DNA of 63,551 nucleotides, counting the filler, from Phoronis australis (taxonomy: Eukaryota > Animalia > Phoronida): NCBI GenBank assembly GCA_002633005.1. It is 8 parts of 8 records of this genome, joined end to end, with 100 filler letters (N's around TTAATTAATTAA, not from the genome) between each part and the next. Parts side by side here need not be neighbours in the genome. Positions count along the whole stretch, not along the records: positions 1 to 10,263 come from NMRA01000684.1; 7 more parts are not named here. One strand, 5' to 3'. The notes under the pieces were generated by a model that was not told the DNA's origin, made no database searches, and was given only the letters and a program-made list of their open reading frames with translations. Of this stretch, positions 1 to 10,263 are shown piece by piece (the stretch's first letter is position 1; each line of letters starts with the position of its first letter). Made by a program: the position numbers and the translations under genes.

Positions 1-426
1 AAATTTGAAATCCTCTAGGACTGAAGTAAAATCGCGTGCCAGGGTTTTTTGATAAATGGACCAGATTTTTAGTTATTAGACAGAAAGTGACCAAATGACA
101 AAAAGTGGCGTGCTTGCCCCAACTCACACACAAAAAATGCCACAAAATCAAGATCATAATGATTTTATACATATATTTGGTATGGATAAGTAGAATATTG
201 CGTAAGGAAACAGTTGATGATGATCGCTGTGCATTTTGAAAAAAAAATCAAGGTAAAATTGGATTTTTTGAAAATTAAAAAATACGATTTTTTAAAAAAT
301 CGAACTACAAAAAAAACTTTTTTTTTCGATTTTTGTCACTTTCAGAGTCATGTCTAACTAGTTAAAACTCCCTTTTTACTCATTTTAGTTAGAAACCTGG
401 AGATTTGATCAGTGTATACACCTACC
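1..426. mobile_element. End of a non-autonomous TTAA-targeting (Kolobok-like) DNA transposon in an MDM2 intron
   Basis: Ends ...GTATACACCTACC followed by TTAA (427-430). About 170-426 recurs in direct orientation at about 52428-52681, also followed by TTAA. A related inverted terminus TTAA|GGTAGGTGGATACAC is at 9303. Confidence 0.65.
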
Positions 427-525
427 TTAAAGTGATTTCAACCATGTTAGTGCTGAAACTGTGAGGATATATTGCACAATCCATGGCTTGATCACATATT
501 AGATTATAAAGTGAAGGGCATTTAC

Positions 526-618
526 CTGCGGTGATATTTCCAAGTCAGACTCCGAATCACTATCATCTAAATCTGCAAAACAATCCACGTCGCTGTCTTG
601 AAAAGTAACGTATATCTC
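526..618 (-). CDS. MDM2: MDM2-like exon preceding the zinc finger (EIYVTFQDSDVDCFADLDDSDSESDLEISPQ)
   Basis: 93 nt, cttgcag acceptor, CAG|GTAAAT donor; corresponds to human [26 protein letters not shown]. Confidence 0.88.
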
Positions 619-3600
619 CTGCAAGCACAAAAGAACAACGCAAAATAAACCCAAGGTAGAACGCAACATGCAGCAAGCAGACAATCGGGAATTACGTTAT
701 GTTCATTTTCACTGGACAGTTAGTCAAACTGCAGTCAGCCGGAACAATGAATGAAACATGAAAGAAGAATTTGAACACAGTATCGTTCAAAATACACCAC
801 GGAGTCAGAGAGCCACCATCATTTCAGAGAGTGAAAGCCACCCTTACATCACAAACAATTATACTACTTTGCACTCAGTGTAAAATTCTAACGTACACAC
901 CTCTTCATCACTTGACTCCAGAATTTCCGTGTTGGCACCAGAATTCTTGGAGTTGTCCGAATCTACATCATATTCCACAGAGAACCCTCCATCAGACTCT
1001 ATCTCCACATCTTCAAGAAACCAAAGGTCATCCGATGAGCTCTGCACCACGGCCGTTTCATATCCCTGAAATGAAAATCCAAACCTGATTCTCAAGCAAG
1101 AAAAACGGTATTTGTATGCATTGAAATAGGTACGCAAATACAATGAGTAAAACGCATCCCATTACACGAACTTTGGATCTTTTTCAGCAGTATGACAAGT
1201 ACCAAAGTTGAAGACAGGGGTACGATAGGTGGAAATGCACAGGCAATGGAGGTTTAATTATCTGGGGCAGTTGAGTTGCCCCTCGTCATCACAGTTTTGC
1301 CATATACAGGTAGGACTTGTGATGACCAGGGATGGTATGTGAAGAATTAGTGACAATGACGAGTCGGCGAAAACATCTGGAGTTGGCAGCATTGGGAAAT
1401 GATGGCGAGTGTTAAACAGCATAGGAACACTGAGAGAATAAACACTTCCCCAGCTACGGGTTAACCATAGACGATTACAGTCAAGTTTGGCTATTCAATG
1501 AAACAAAAATTTGACTAATAATTAGATGATTCCACTGTAAGATATTCACACCATACCTGTATACTGAGCACTTCACTGGCACTGTCTTCCGATGCCTTAA
1601 CAACAAAATAGAGGGAGCCACTGTCTGAATCACTGCCACAGGTTACGCTCCATGAAGACTTCCTGCCAGCACTCTCCTTATCAGAGGAGTGGTCAGACTT
1701 GCCTGAACACACAAAAAGGTTATAGATTGGGTATCATAGGCAATAAATACATTGCAAAAGGCGTTGACAGGTTGACATTTTGTGTGTCGCTAGATGTACA
1801 ATAACAAGAGTTAAGCCCAGAAAGCATTCAAGATCATTATATCTGGGCACGAGACGGCGAGAGTATTTCGTATGCACCCTTCACATTCAATTCGTTTTGA
1901 AGATCTCGTTTCATCTCATTTACTTCTCTAAGGAGGTAATGTGGACAAGTGGGATAATTGATGCTCCCTTTACTCAAGGTCGTGGGTTCGAGTCCCACTG
2001 TGGTACACTGCTAAACCCTCGAGTCAGGTCTCCAGATCCTCAGCTCGTGTTTCACTACATATTAATGATCAAAGAATAAAAATTGTTCCTGGCTATCAGT
2101 GCAATAGGCCCACATGAGCAGCCTGCGCACGTCTGGTGCAACTTTACCAGACCTCCTGCAATTTCTGGTATTAAATAAAAGAAAACCTTTCTGCTTAAAA
2201 AATAAACGAAGTACCAAATAAAGGAAGTGATTATTATTCGGACGGAGCTGGATTCCGCAAAATGGGAGACAAGCGCACATTTGTATTGAAATTGCAATCA
2301 CAATGCCTACATGATACACGACAATATTCATGCGCGTTAATATTATCACGCACTGGTGCACACTGTGCATCCCAACATTGTTATTGCTGTGAAGCTTTCA
2401 GTTACCACAAAGTTTTACAGTGTGTAAACCTCAAAAAAATATCCAAACTCCACAAACTTCGTAACATCACACCTCAGAAATGGCCGACTGGATTCAAATG
2501 AAATGGACAGATACTATGATTTATGCACTGTTCTATGAAACAAAGTAAGGAACTGTTTTTAAAGTAGTTCCACTTTTGCAAGAGGGGAAATCAGAAATAG
2601 GACTTTCAGGATTTTTATGGAAAGGTTCAAAATAAAATTTGCACAGAAGGAAAAAACACTGAGTTAGAAAAAATGTAACTACAATATTTTAAGACTTCCA
2701 TAAAAAATTCATCAAGTATGTTTTGATACTGACAGTTGTTTTACAAGAAATGTTCTTTTCTCTCTAAATTAAATTTTAGTACAAAGACATGGTCGCATGA
2801 CCCAATTATTGGCAGATTGGTATATTAGGTCAAATCAAATTCTACTGAAACTCTATTTTCAGAAAATATTTTACCGAGCTCAATTCTATAGTTTCGTAGA
2901 TTTTTGGCAAAATGTGCAGACTTGCTAATACGGTTACACATAAAGTTCAAATGCAAGTGCTAAAATTTTGAACGTACCTGACTTCCGTTTCTTTCTCCTT
3001 CGCTTACTCTTCACATTCTTAATACAAGATTCTGATTCATTGGACGCAGCTGTGGTCACGTTTCTACAGTCACCCACCGTCTCTGGGACACTAGATACTC
3101 CAGGAGGCTTCTGAATGAAAACGGCGAAGTTGAATCACATGTGTACGAGTGTATGAGTTCTCATGAAAACAACTTGCCATTATGGCAACACATATTCATC
3201 AGGGCTTGGAATGACCAATGACAAAAAACGCGGAAACTTTTACGGCCCAAATCATGCCCGATAACCAGCCTTTGACATGGTCAATGTGAACCTTTCCGCG
3301 GCAAAAATCGGGAGGACTAAAAAAAAAAAAAAAAAAAAACGTTACCACCATCGGTAGCGTGCGTCTGCATCCTTTTCGCTAGCCCGTCCACTCCCAACCC
3401 ACACAAATTTGGCTGCAGAGCGGTAGCATTTGTCGCCGCGCTTAACAATAACACGAGCCGCCATTGAAAATCACACCACGCTTTACCCAGATGCCCCGGC
3501 AATGTTGACAATTTACGTTCCTCTGAAACATAAAGACTTCCGCTTTCCGAGGTGAACGTCGTCTGCAACGCCGCGGTAAGAAAGGAATTTGCCGTGGAAA

Positions 3601-6600
3601 TTTCATATCAAATCCGATTTTTTTACACGGAAATATTATAAAAAAGCGGAAAGCACATTTCAAAAAAGCAGAAATCCGCGTTTCCGCGGAAAATTCCAAG
3701 CCCTGATTCATTACTGTTGTACAGAATGGGTGTCTAAACTTAAAACAGCGGCAATGTTCTTGTCTGAGGTCTAATTAGTCGTTAACTTTTGAAAACAAAT
3801 CAAAGCAAATTTAGTTTAGTGTTCACCTAATTAGTGTAATTTAACGTAACTTATACCAGAATCTGTGACAGCCATATCACAACAAAATTTTATCAATTTC
3901 AGACAAAAATAGCTACTTGAGTTGTGTAGTTTTGGAAATGTTTTTCCCAATCTGCTACATCAGAGAAATTCAAAACAGCAAATCGATGAAAACGGGACAG
4001 CATGTATTGCTTTTGTTTCGTGATTTCAACCAATCGTCATTCAGTACTAAGCTAATGCACCACTGACATCTTACTTGACTTGTAAAAGCGGGATTCAACT
4101 AAAAACACATTCACTATACCACAGAATGAGTATAATGGTTCTTGGTGGGTTTTTCGCCTACAGCTGCAGCATAAAAGCATAGGTCGTGCTTGCTCATTTG
4201 ACAGGCTTTATAAGGAGTTATCAAAATCTGGGCCAAACTGTTTTTAGTGTTGAAGAATGATATTTTGTTTTTGAGAGCTGGATGGTAAGGTAATCAGTGT
4301 CCTATTAACTGGTCAAAATAGGGTTTAGTATTCCTTTATATTATTTGTCATGTACCCAAAAATAAGAAATTACAGTTACGTTTCACTTGTCTGAAATATT
4401 GTGACCTTAGTTGGCAAGATTGTACCACTCCCTCCTAAAAAGCAGCCATAACTACATAACCAAGTTCATGCCACTTATTGGCACTTCCTCATATTCCAGG
4501 CCTTGGACAGAACAACGACAAAGAAAGAGGAAAAACTTTCAGGTGATGTATCGCTCCACAAATAGACTTGTGTGATAGAAGTATTGTTTGTGCTGTAAAA
4601 TTGAACTGAAATAAACGTTTTTGCATGAATAAAGTCAAAACAATAATGAAAAAGAGACGACAAAAAGTGGAAACTGGAAATCAAATTAGAGGAAATTGAA
4701 ACAAAAAATCCTCATAAAAAGGAGAATTCCAAGACCCAACGTTTAACTCTTACACAGCCAATTTTTTGAATAGCAATTCTCACAAGATGTGACTCTGTGG
4801 ACCATTCAGCAAGGTATGGCCGCTACACAGTGATGGACACGGACAGAAATACAAATCACTGTTTGCCAGGTAAACCAGTCAAGTCAAACAATCCTATATA
4901 TTTATTGTAGCTTTCCTGCAAAACTGATGGTTGCCTCAATGTCACTGGACCTGCTTACGCTAGTCAGACTGCTACTTACTGTATGCGACTCTTTCCACCA
5001 TCCAACAGTATCTTCAATAGTCGAGCTCTTGCGATTTATCAGCCCACTAAAATGTTAAAATGCATGAGGTTTCATATTAATCATTTGACATGCACAATTT
5101 CCAACGAGCATTCCTGTGACCTCGGGGGCTGGTTAGCTTTTTCTGAACACAATACAGGGATGGCAACAGCTATAGCATTTGGTAGAAATGGAAAGAACAA
5201 CTTCAATACTCCCAGCACCCTACACAAACTAACAGAAACGTTCTACTACTACAAGCAAAAGAGAAATCAATGCAAGACAAAATTATTTGTTTTCACAACT
5301 GTCAGTACAACGACTGAGCATAATGGAAACACCTTCGAATTACCAATGTCGGCCAATTCCTTCAACTTACAAGACATCGATGGCAGAGAACTGATCACAT
5401 TCAAACACCTTGCCCAGCTGGTCTGTGGAGCAGTGAACTATCCTGGGGTCTACAGGATCATACAGTTGTTTAGTGCTGATGTACTCTTTCAAGTAGAACA
5501 AGACCTTGAAACACGACAGACATAAATGACAGACTCAGTGTTTGATCTATACGCATTATGTGGAATCTGTACCCGATTTTTCCTAATGAGGTGAAGAAAA
5601 TATCAATGAATGTAGTAAAGGCACAGCTCAGTGTGCCATTGGATGCTATTGATTATTTCAGGGCTTTGAATGAGCTCACAGATTGCTATTGCTTCAAAAC
5701 AGGTTCAACAAGTGGGCTTGTCATAACTTTTATTGACTATCTCAAGCAAAGCGCGATCTCGACAAATAACAAACTGTTATCCTTGGAAATTATTTGTTGC
5801 CTGATCAAACAACATCAGAGGGTTGCTTCTTGATCAGAATGTAGGTTTACAGCAGCATTAACAAATTATTTTCAGAGTTTGTATTTCTGGAGTTGGCTCA
5901 TCACATAAGTAGTCCATAAAAGTTATGTTGCTTTCCCACTAACACTGTAACTCCCCTGTTTTGAGGAGTTTCGATCAGAGGGAAATTTCAAATCCTGGAT
6001 GTAAACCGCCCTAGGAACTCCCATCAGTATATAGGAGTTGTGCCTATGGGTGAAATACTTGAGTAAAACATTTCTTCAAAGGGCCATGAATGTTTTATGG
6101 CAGAAAAATACATTTTTGAGATCACTGTAGGGTGAGATAGATTTCTTGAAGTTATTCGCTTTGACCAGAGTTATAAAACAACAAAAATCTGTAGCGTTTT
6201 ATAATTTTGTTACAAATTGACAATTCTTGCTGTCAGACATTCACTAGTGTCTTTACCATTTCAAAATGTGTTTGTCTCTTCAAACTGCATAATTATATCC
6301 CGTGGCATTGTTTTGTTCTAACTAGTGCATGACTCCATAAAAGTCCTCATACAAGTGTGGTAAATAAATGAGGCTGTACAATTACTCAAATATAATTATC
6401 AATTACATAAAGGCAGTGTACTCAATCATTGTATCTTGTGGAAATATAACATTAATAACATTTCAACTTAATTAATTTTTCATGACTAAAATAAATTACG
6501 AAGCAACATACTTACCTCTTTCATACTAAAAACATTCCCCTCAGCCCCAGTGGTCTTGAGTATTTCCAGGAAATCATCAGTTGGCTTGACCTGAAATAAA

Positions 6601-8766
6601 ACAAAACCTTAGAAACTGGAATCAGTTACCATTTCCAACAGAAATCATTCTACCTCAACAGGACAACTTGTTACTACTGGTGGGAGTTGTGTACACAGAA
6701 AGTCAGTTGGAAACTAAACGAAAGCACTCCGAGGAGCGACACTTGGCGAAATTAACAGAAAAGATGATGATAAAGATGGTGACGAAGATGACGAATATAA
6801 TGATGATGGTGGTGATGATGAACAATACAAGCAATGATAATATTCACATGACGAACGTAGAGGTCAGAAATCAGTAAGAAATAGGCTAGTCTTGAGCGAC
6901 ATTTGGCGAAATTAACTGAAAAGACGACGACGGAGATGATGACGAAGATTACGAATATGATGAAGGTGGTGGCGATGATGAACAAACAACATCGAACTTA
7001 GATGTCATAAATCCGTAAGAAATAAGCTACAGTCTTGTTCAATAGAAGCTAAACCAACATCAAAGCAGAAAGAGCGCCCAACAAAGGAACAGCGCTATCA
7101 GAAAATCTCGAATAATTCAAAACGTATAGGTCCTAGCGAAAAATGGAAAACATCATCTGAAAGCCCATTTCAAAACTCTATCTAAATTGTAAGTATCGCA
7201 TAATTCCACAAAATTTTCGAAAAAAACTGAAATTTTGCCTGTTTTTTTTGAAATTCAAAGTCAAATAACTCAAAAACGGTAAGTTTGAGAAAAAAAATTT
7301 GTTAGAGGTCATTTGAAAGGATATACCTCAGAGGATCCACATGCAAAAAATCACGTCATTTTCTCTTCCCATTTGAAATGGCACTCCGGCACGACTGAAA
7401 ATGGGTCAACATGCCCCAGATCCGCCATCTTGAAAGCAACTTCCGTTTTTTTAGCTATGAATAATAGCGTGTTAAAAGAAACTAATACCTGAAAATGACG
7501 AAGCAATCGGTCTTATAATGCCCCCTTTACAGAAGAAAACGTTTTTACGCCAAAATCGAGGTGCGCATGCGCGATTGCTGATATTTTCGCCATCTTTAAC
7601 CGGAAGTGAACAATTTCTGGAATACTTATAGCGCACTTCCGGTCCTGTACGTAAAAATTGTAGCCTCCAGAAGCATTTGAATCTTAAAATGAAAACAAAA
7701 TAGCTGCCACATCCGCCATCTTGGATCGGATTATGACGAAAAACAATAGGCTTCCACTATTTCCGAAACTAAGTGTTATGTGTAAATTTCGTGATGATCG
7801 AATGAAAATTGCGGCCTGTATCGTGCGAACAAAGAAAAAACTTAGTGACAGAGCAACATACTTGGCGAAATTTGTTTCACCAAGTAATTAATGAACTCAC
7901 AAAGCCTTTTAGTTAGCCTCCTAGACTTTATTGTGTAGTCAACTGGATGATATTGTAATTTGTTATGGAATGGCTCAACCATCTGTCTGTCAGTCTACCA
8001 ATCACAGTAAATCCAGCACTAGCTTGGCAGATCATGCATGCATCTAGGCAAACGCAAAAAAATCAAATTGCCGAGGCAGCAAGGTAGTCAGATCCTTCCA
8101 GAAGTCGTCATCTACTGTCACGTTTCCCAGAGATACACATGTAAAATTCCACAAAAATTACACCATGGGTTTCAAGGTACCTAAACTACACAGTTAACTG
8201 ATTTATAAACACGGTCACGGACGCATGAACACGACTCACGTACCTGCAAACATCGTTCACTGACTCACAAACACGATCCATTCACCAAAATACACGGGAC
8301 ACAGACTCACATTCATGAAGAAACATGGTTAATGGACCGCCAAACACGGTTTACGGACAAAATGTAGATGTCAGCTGACCCAGGTAGCTGATGAGTCCGT
8401 GACCCGTGTTTGGCAGTCCGTTAACTGTGTTTCTTCGTGAATGTGAGTCCGTGTCCCATGTACTTGGATGAATGGATCGTGTTCTGAGAGTCCGTTCCTG
8501 TGTTTGTGAGTCAGTGAACGGCGTATGCAGGTACGTGAGTCGTGTTCACGCGTCCGTGACCGTGTTTGAGTCCGTTAACCATGTAGTTAGGTACCATGGG
8601 TTTAGGTAATACAGCTGTGGTCAATGTGCAACCACATTATGTACATATGGATGCATAAAAATCAACTTACTAATTTGCTTCCAGTACTTGTAATCTGTCC
8701 ATTCGAGGTCGCACCTGAAGTATGAGGACTGACCACAGCAGTAACAGTCGCTTGATTTCTGGAGAC
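526..8766 (-). CDS. MDM2: MDM2/MDM4-family p53 regulator, spliced, partial: join(8766-8671,6590-6516,5504-5371,5046-4980,3110-2978,1702-1557,1065-901,618-526)
   Basis: Manually spliced GT-AG exons join in frame. They give the SWIB/p53-binding domain ([59 protein letters not shown]; cf. human [41 protein letters not shown]), a basic NLS (KRRRKKRK) and the acidic region (SIQGYET..DDLWFLE..FSVEYDVDS..DLEISPQ). Start codon exon not located. C4 zinc finger/RING exons expected left of the window. Confidence 0.93.
901..1065 (-). CDS. MDM2: MDM2-like exon, central acidic domain (GYETAVVQSSSDDLWFLE...FSVEYDVDSD...SSDEE)
   Basis: 165 nt, ttttcatttcag acceptor, GAG|GTGTGT donor; FSVEYDVDS corresponds to human FSVEFEVES. 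Confidence 0.88.
1557..1702 (-). CDS. MDM2: MDM2-like exon, Ser/acidic region (GKSDHSSDKE...SEVLSIQ)
   Basis: 146 nt, tgtgttcag acceptor, CAG|GTATGG donor, phase 1/0. Confidence 0.85.
1932..2007 (+). repeat. Degenerate tRNA-derived (SINE head-like) segment
   Basis: B-box/T-arm GTGGGTTCGAGTCCCAC at 1982-1998 with a decayed A-box upstream; no complete cloverleaf. Confidence 0.4.
2978..3110 (-). CDS. MDM2: MDM2-like exon with basic NLS (KPPGVSSVPE...KNVKSKRRRKKRKS)
   Basis: 133 nt, ttttcattcag acceptor, CAG|GTACGT donor, phase 0/1 compatible with the next exon. Confidence 0.8.
3200..3705. mobile_element. hAT-like MITE with 6-bp TSD
   Basis: TIR CAGGGCTTGGAAT...ATTCCAAGCCCTG; ATTCAT duplicated at 3194-3199 and 3706-3711; internal CCGCGGAAA-type subterminal motifs. 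Confidence 0.85.
4980..5046 (-). CDS. MDM2: MDM2-like exon, end of SWIB domain (FGLINRKSSTIEDTVGWWKESHT)
   Basis: 67 nt, ttttag acceptor, GTAAGT donor. Phase 2 in / phase 0 out bridges the flanking exons exactly. Weak similarity to human TMIYRNL. Confidence 0.65.
5371..5504 (-). CDS. MDM2: MDM2-like exon, SWIB domain part 2 ([44 protein letters not shown])
   Basis: 134 nt, tttcaag acceptor, GTAAGT donor; VLFYL..YI..K.LYD....IV.CS.D.LG..F signature. Confidence 0.95.
6516..6590 (-). CDS. MDM2: MDM2-like exon, SWIB domain part 1 ([25 protein letters not shown])
   Basis: 75 nt, ttttatttcag acceptor, GTAAGT donor; aligns to human [25 protein letters not shown]. Confidence 0.93.
6711..7888 (-). 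mobile_element. Helentron-associated (HINE/DINE-like) non-autonomous element
   Basis: ACTTGGCGAA subterminal motif near both ends, short inverted repeat ACTTGGCGAAA..TTTCACCAAGT at 7860-7885, GCACTCCGAGGAGC hairpin near the other end. Internal two-copy GAT-rich repeat of about 160 bp (6733-7030) and GCCATCTTG core motifs. A related fragment lies at about 14645-14935. Confidence 0.6.
8173..8598. mobile_element. Foldback MITE (near-complete palindrome) with 5-bp TSD
   Basis: Arms of about 190-210 nt are reverse complements; termini CAAGGTACC...GGTACCATG; GGTTT at 8168-8172 and 8599-8603. Confidence 0.85.
8671..8766 (-). CDS. MDM2: MDM2-like exon, N-terminal lid region (VSRNQATVTAVVSPHTSGATSNGQITSTGSKL)
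   Basis: 96 nt, tttag acceptor, GTAAGT donor, phase 0/0, joins in frame to the SWIB exon. Ends like human GAVTTSQIPASEQETL. A (TC)n tract lies just upstream on this strand. Confidence 0.7.
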
Positions 8767-8792
8767 CTAAACATCAAATCAAGCACCACGTT

Positions 8793-8796
<4 letters not shown>

Positions 8797-8861
<65 letters not shown>

Positions 8862-8864
8862 GAG
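8797..8864. repeat. (AG)n microsatellite
   Basis: About 34 AG units with one interruption. Confidence 0.98.
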
Positions 8865-9306
8865 CAAGGGGAAGCAGAAGGTGGAAACAAGGGACAGATG
8901 GAGGTAGGGTAACCTGCTCTAGGGTATCTTGATTTGGGACAAGTCCCAGTATGGTTGTAAACATGGCCACGAAAGCAAAACTCTAGGGCCCTGTCGCACC
9001 AAGCTTTTTCTTAATGGAGCCCAATTGGTCATCATGATGTACAGGCTGAGGACAGGTTTACTTAACAAATACTTTGTTTACTTAGTTCCAACCCAGTTTC
9101 CTTTCATTCAGCTTTAAACTGGTCCCTGGGATATCCAAGGGACAAAGAATGTATATCCAAACAAATCCTTTGTCAACAGTCCTTTTCAACATCAAAGCAA
9201 AACAATCCTAACAATGCATAGGAATTTGCACCAAGCTGCAGAGGGCTAAACACCCTGATGCTGGGACTCCCCCCACAACCACCTGCATAGATTGTGATGA
9301 ATTTAA

Positions 9307-10263
9307 GGTAGGTGGATACACAAAAAAATTAATTTTGACTGTTTTTTACATTTTTATGTCATCCTAATCTTTAACTCTTGATGCACAGTATACTGAAGAA
9401 AAATAAAATCATTCTGAAAATCCAAAGTTGTTTTTTTAGCTATATTTGACCAAGCCTCAGTAAGTCATATGGCTTGAGAGCTCACCAGCTCAGTGATTGA
9501 CAACTGGGGCGGAGCTTATATACAAGGACACTGGCTCTAATCTAACCCTGTCAACAAGCATTGCGTAACCGAGCAATCGAGAGTGATGTACCAGCTGATA
9601 TTGGTGTTGTAGCAAGACCAAAAATAAAACAATTCTATTTTTGACCATGTGAAAGTTGGTAGTGAAATGGTGAACTGGCTCCTGTTCCGAGCCTGAGCCT
9701 GTTTGTCTATCTGCAAAAAAATTAAGTTGAGTACGCCAAGCCCTACCGAAGCCATCACTGCAGTCAGCTTGAGTCCGTGCAGAAATTTGTGCATGTATAA
9801 GAGAAGTCGGTAATATAAGGTCAGGTGTCTTGCGAGAGGACGCTAAGTGTCGACGTGGGTGGTGTTGCACGATTCGGTGAGAGTGCATGCACGCGCTGTG
9901 ACTGAAGACAAGCCGCGCGCGCGACACATGCCGTCTGAGTAGAGTCTTCGCAGATAAACCGTGCTTCTGTGCTGGGAACGCGCCGTGGAGAAACTAGGCT
10001 GTCAAACCCAGAGGATTTTTAACTTGCCACTGGCCGTAACCCAAAGAATTAGAGAAATGACCCAGTGTTCAACATAACAAAAAAATTTCTAGTGCATAGA
10101 TTCAAACGTAACAATGAATTAAAACTCATGATATTATACGATTTTAGAGGAAAGCAATATAAGAAACTTTAGTAACTTGAGAATCTCACCCAAGCGGCGC
10201 TATTTGCGCAGAAAGTGATATTTTCTTATCCCAAAGTCCATTCGGTACAGGCACGTAAAAATG
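9307..10263. mobile_element. Probable Kolobok-like non-autonomous element; left terminus seen, right boundary uncertain (runs toward gap)
   Basis: TTAA|GGTAGGTGGATACAC matches the reverse complement of the terminus at about 412-430. Confidence 0.45.

Noticed and set aside
4983-5833. Plus-strand ORFs of 180 aa and 91 aa
   Set aside because: No recognisable motifs; the first is antisense to real MDM2 exons
6668-6985. Met-rich and His/Ile-rich ORFs
   Set aside because: Translations of a duplicated GAT-rich simple repeat inside a Helentron-like element
8388-8410. Hammerhead-like CTGATGAGTCCGTGA; other CTGATGA cores at 17504, 42537 and 51989
   Set aside because: None has a complete stem II, GAAA and stem III/NUH arrangement. 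The 42537 site may be a decayed Penelope-type end but is not supportable.
8670-8907. LS- and RE-repeat ORFs
   Set aside because: Artefacts of the (AG)n microsatellite
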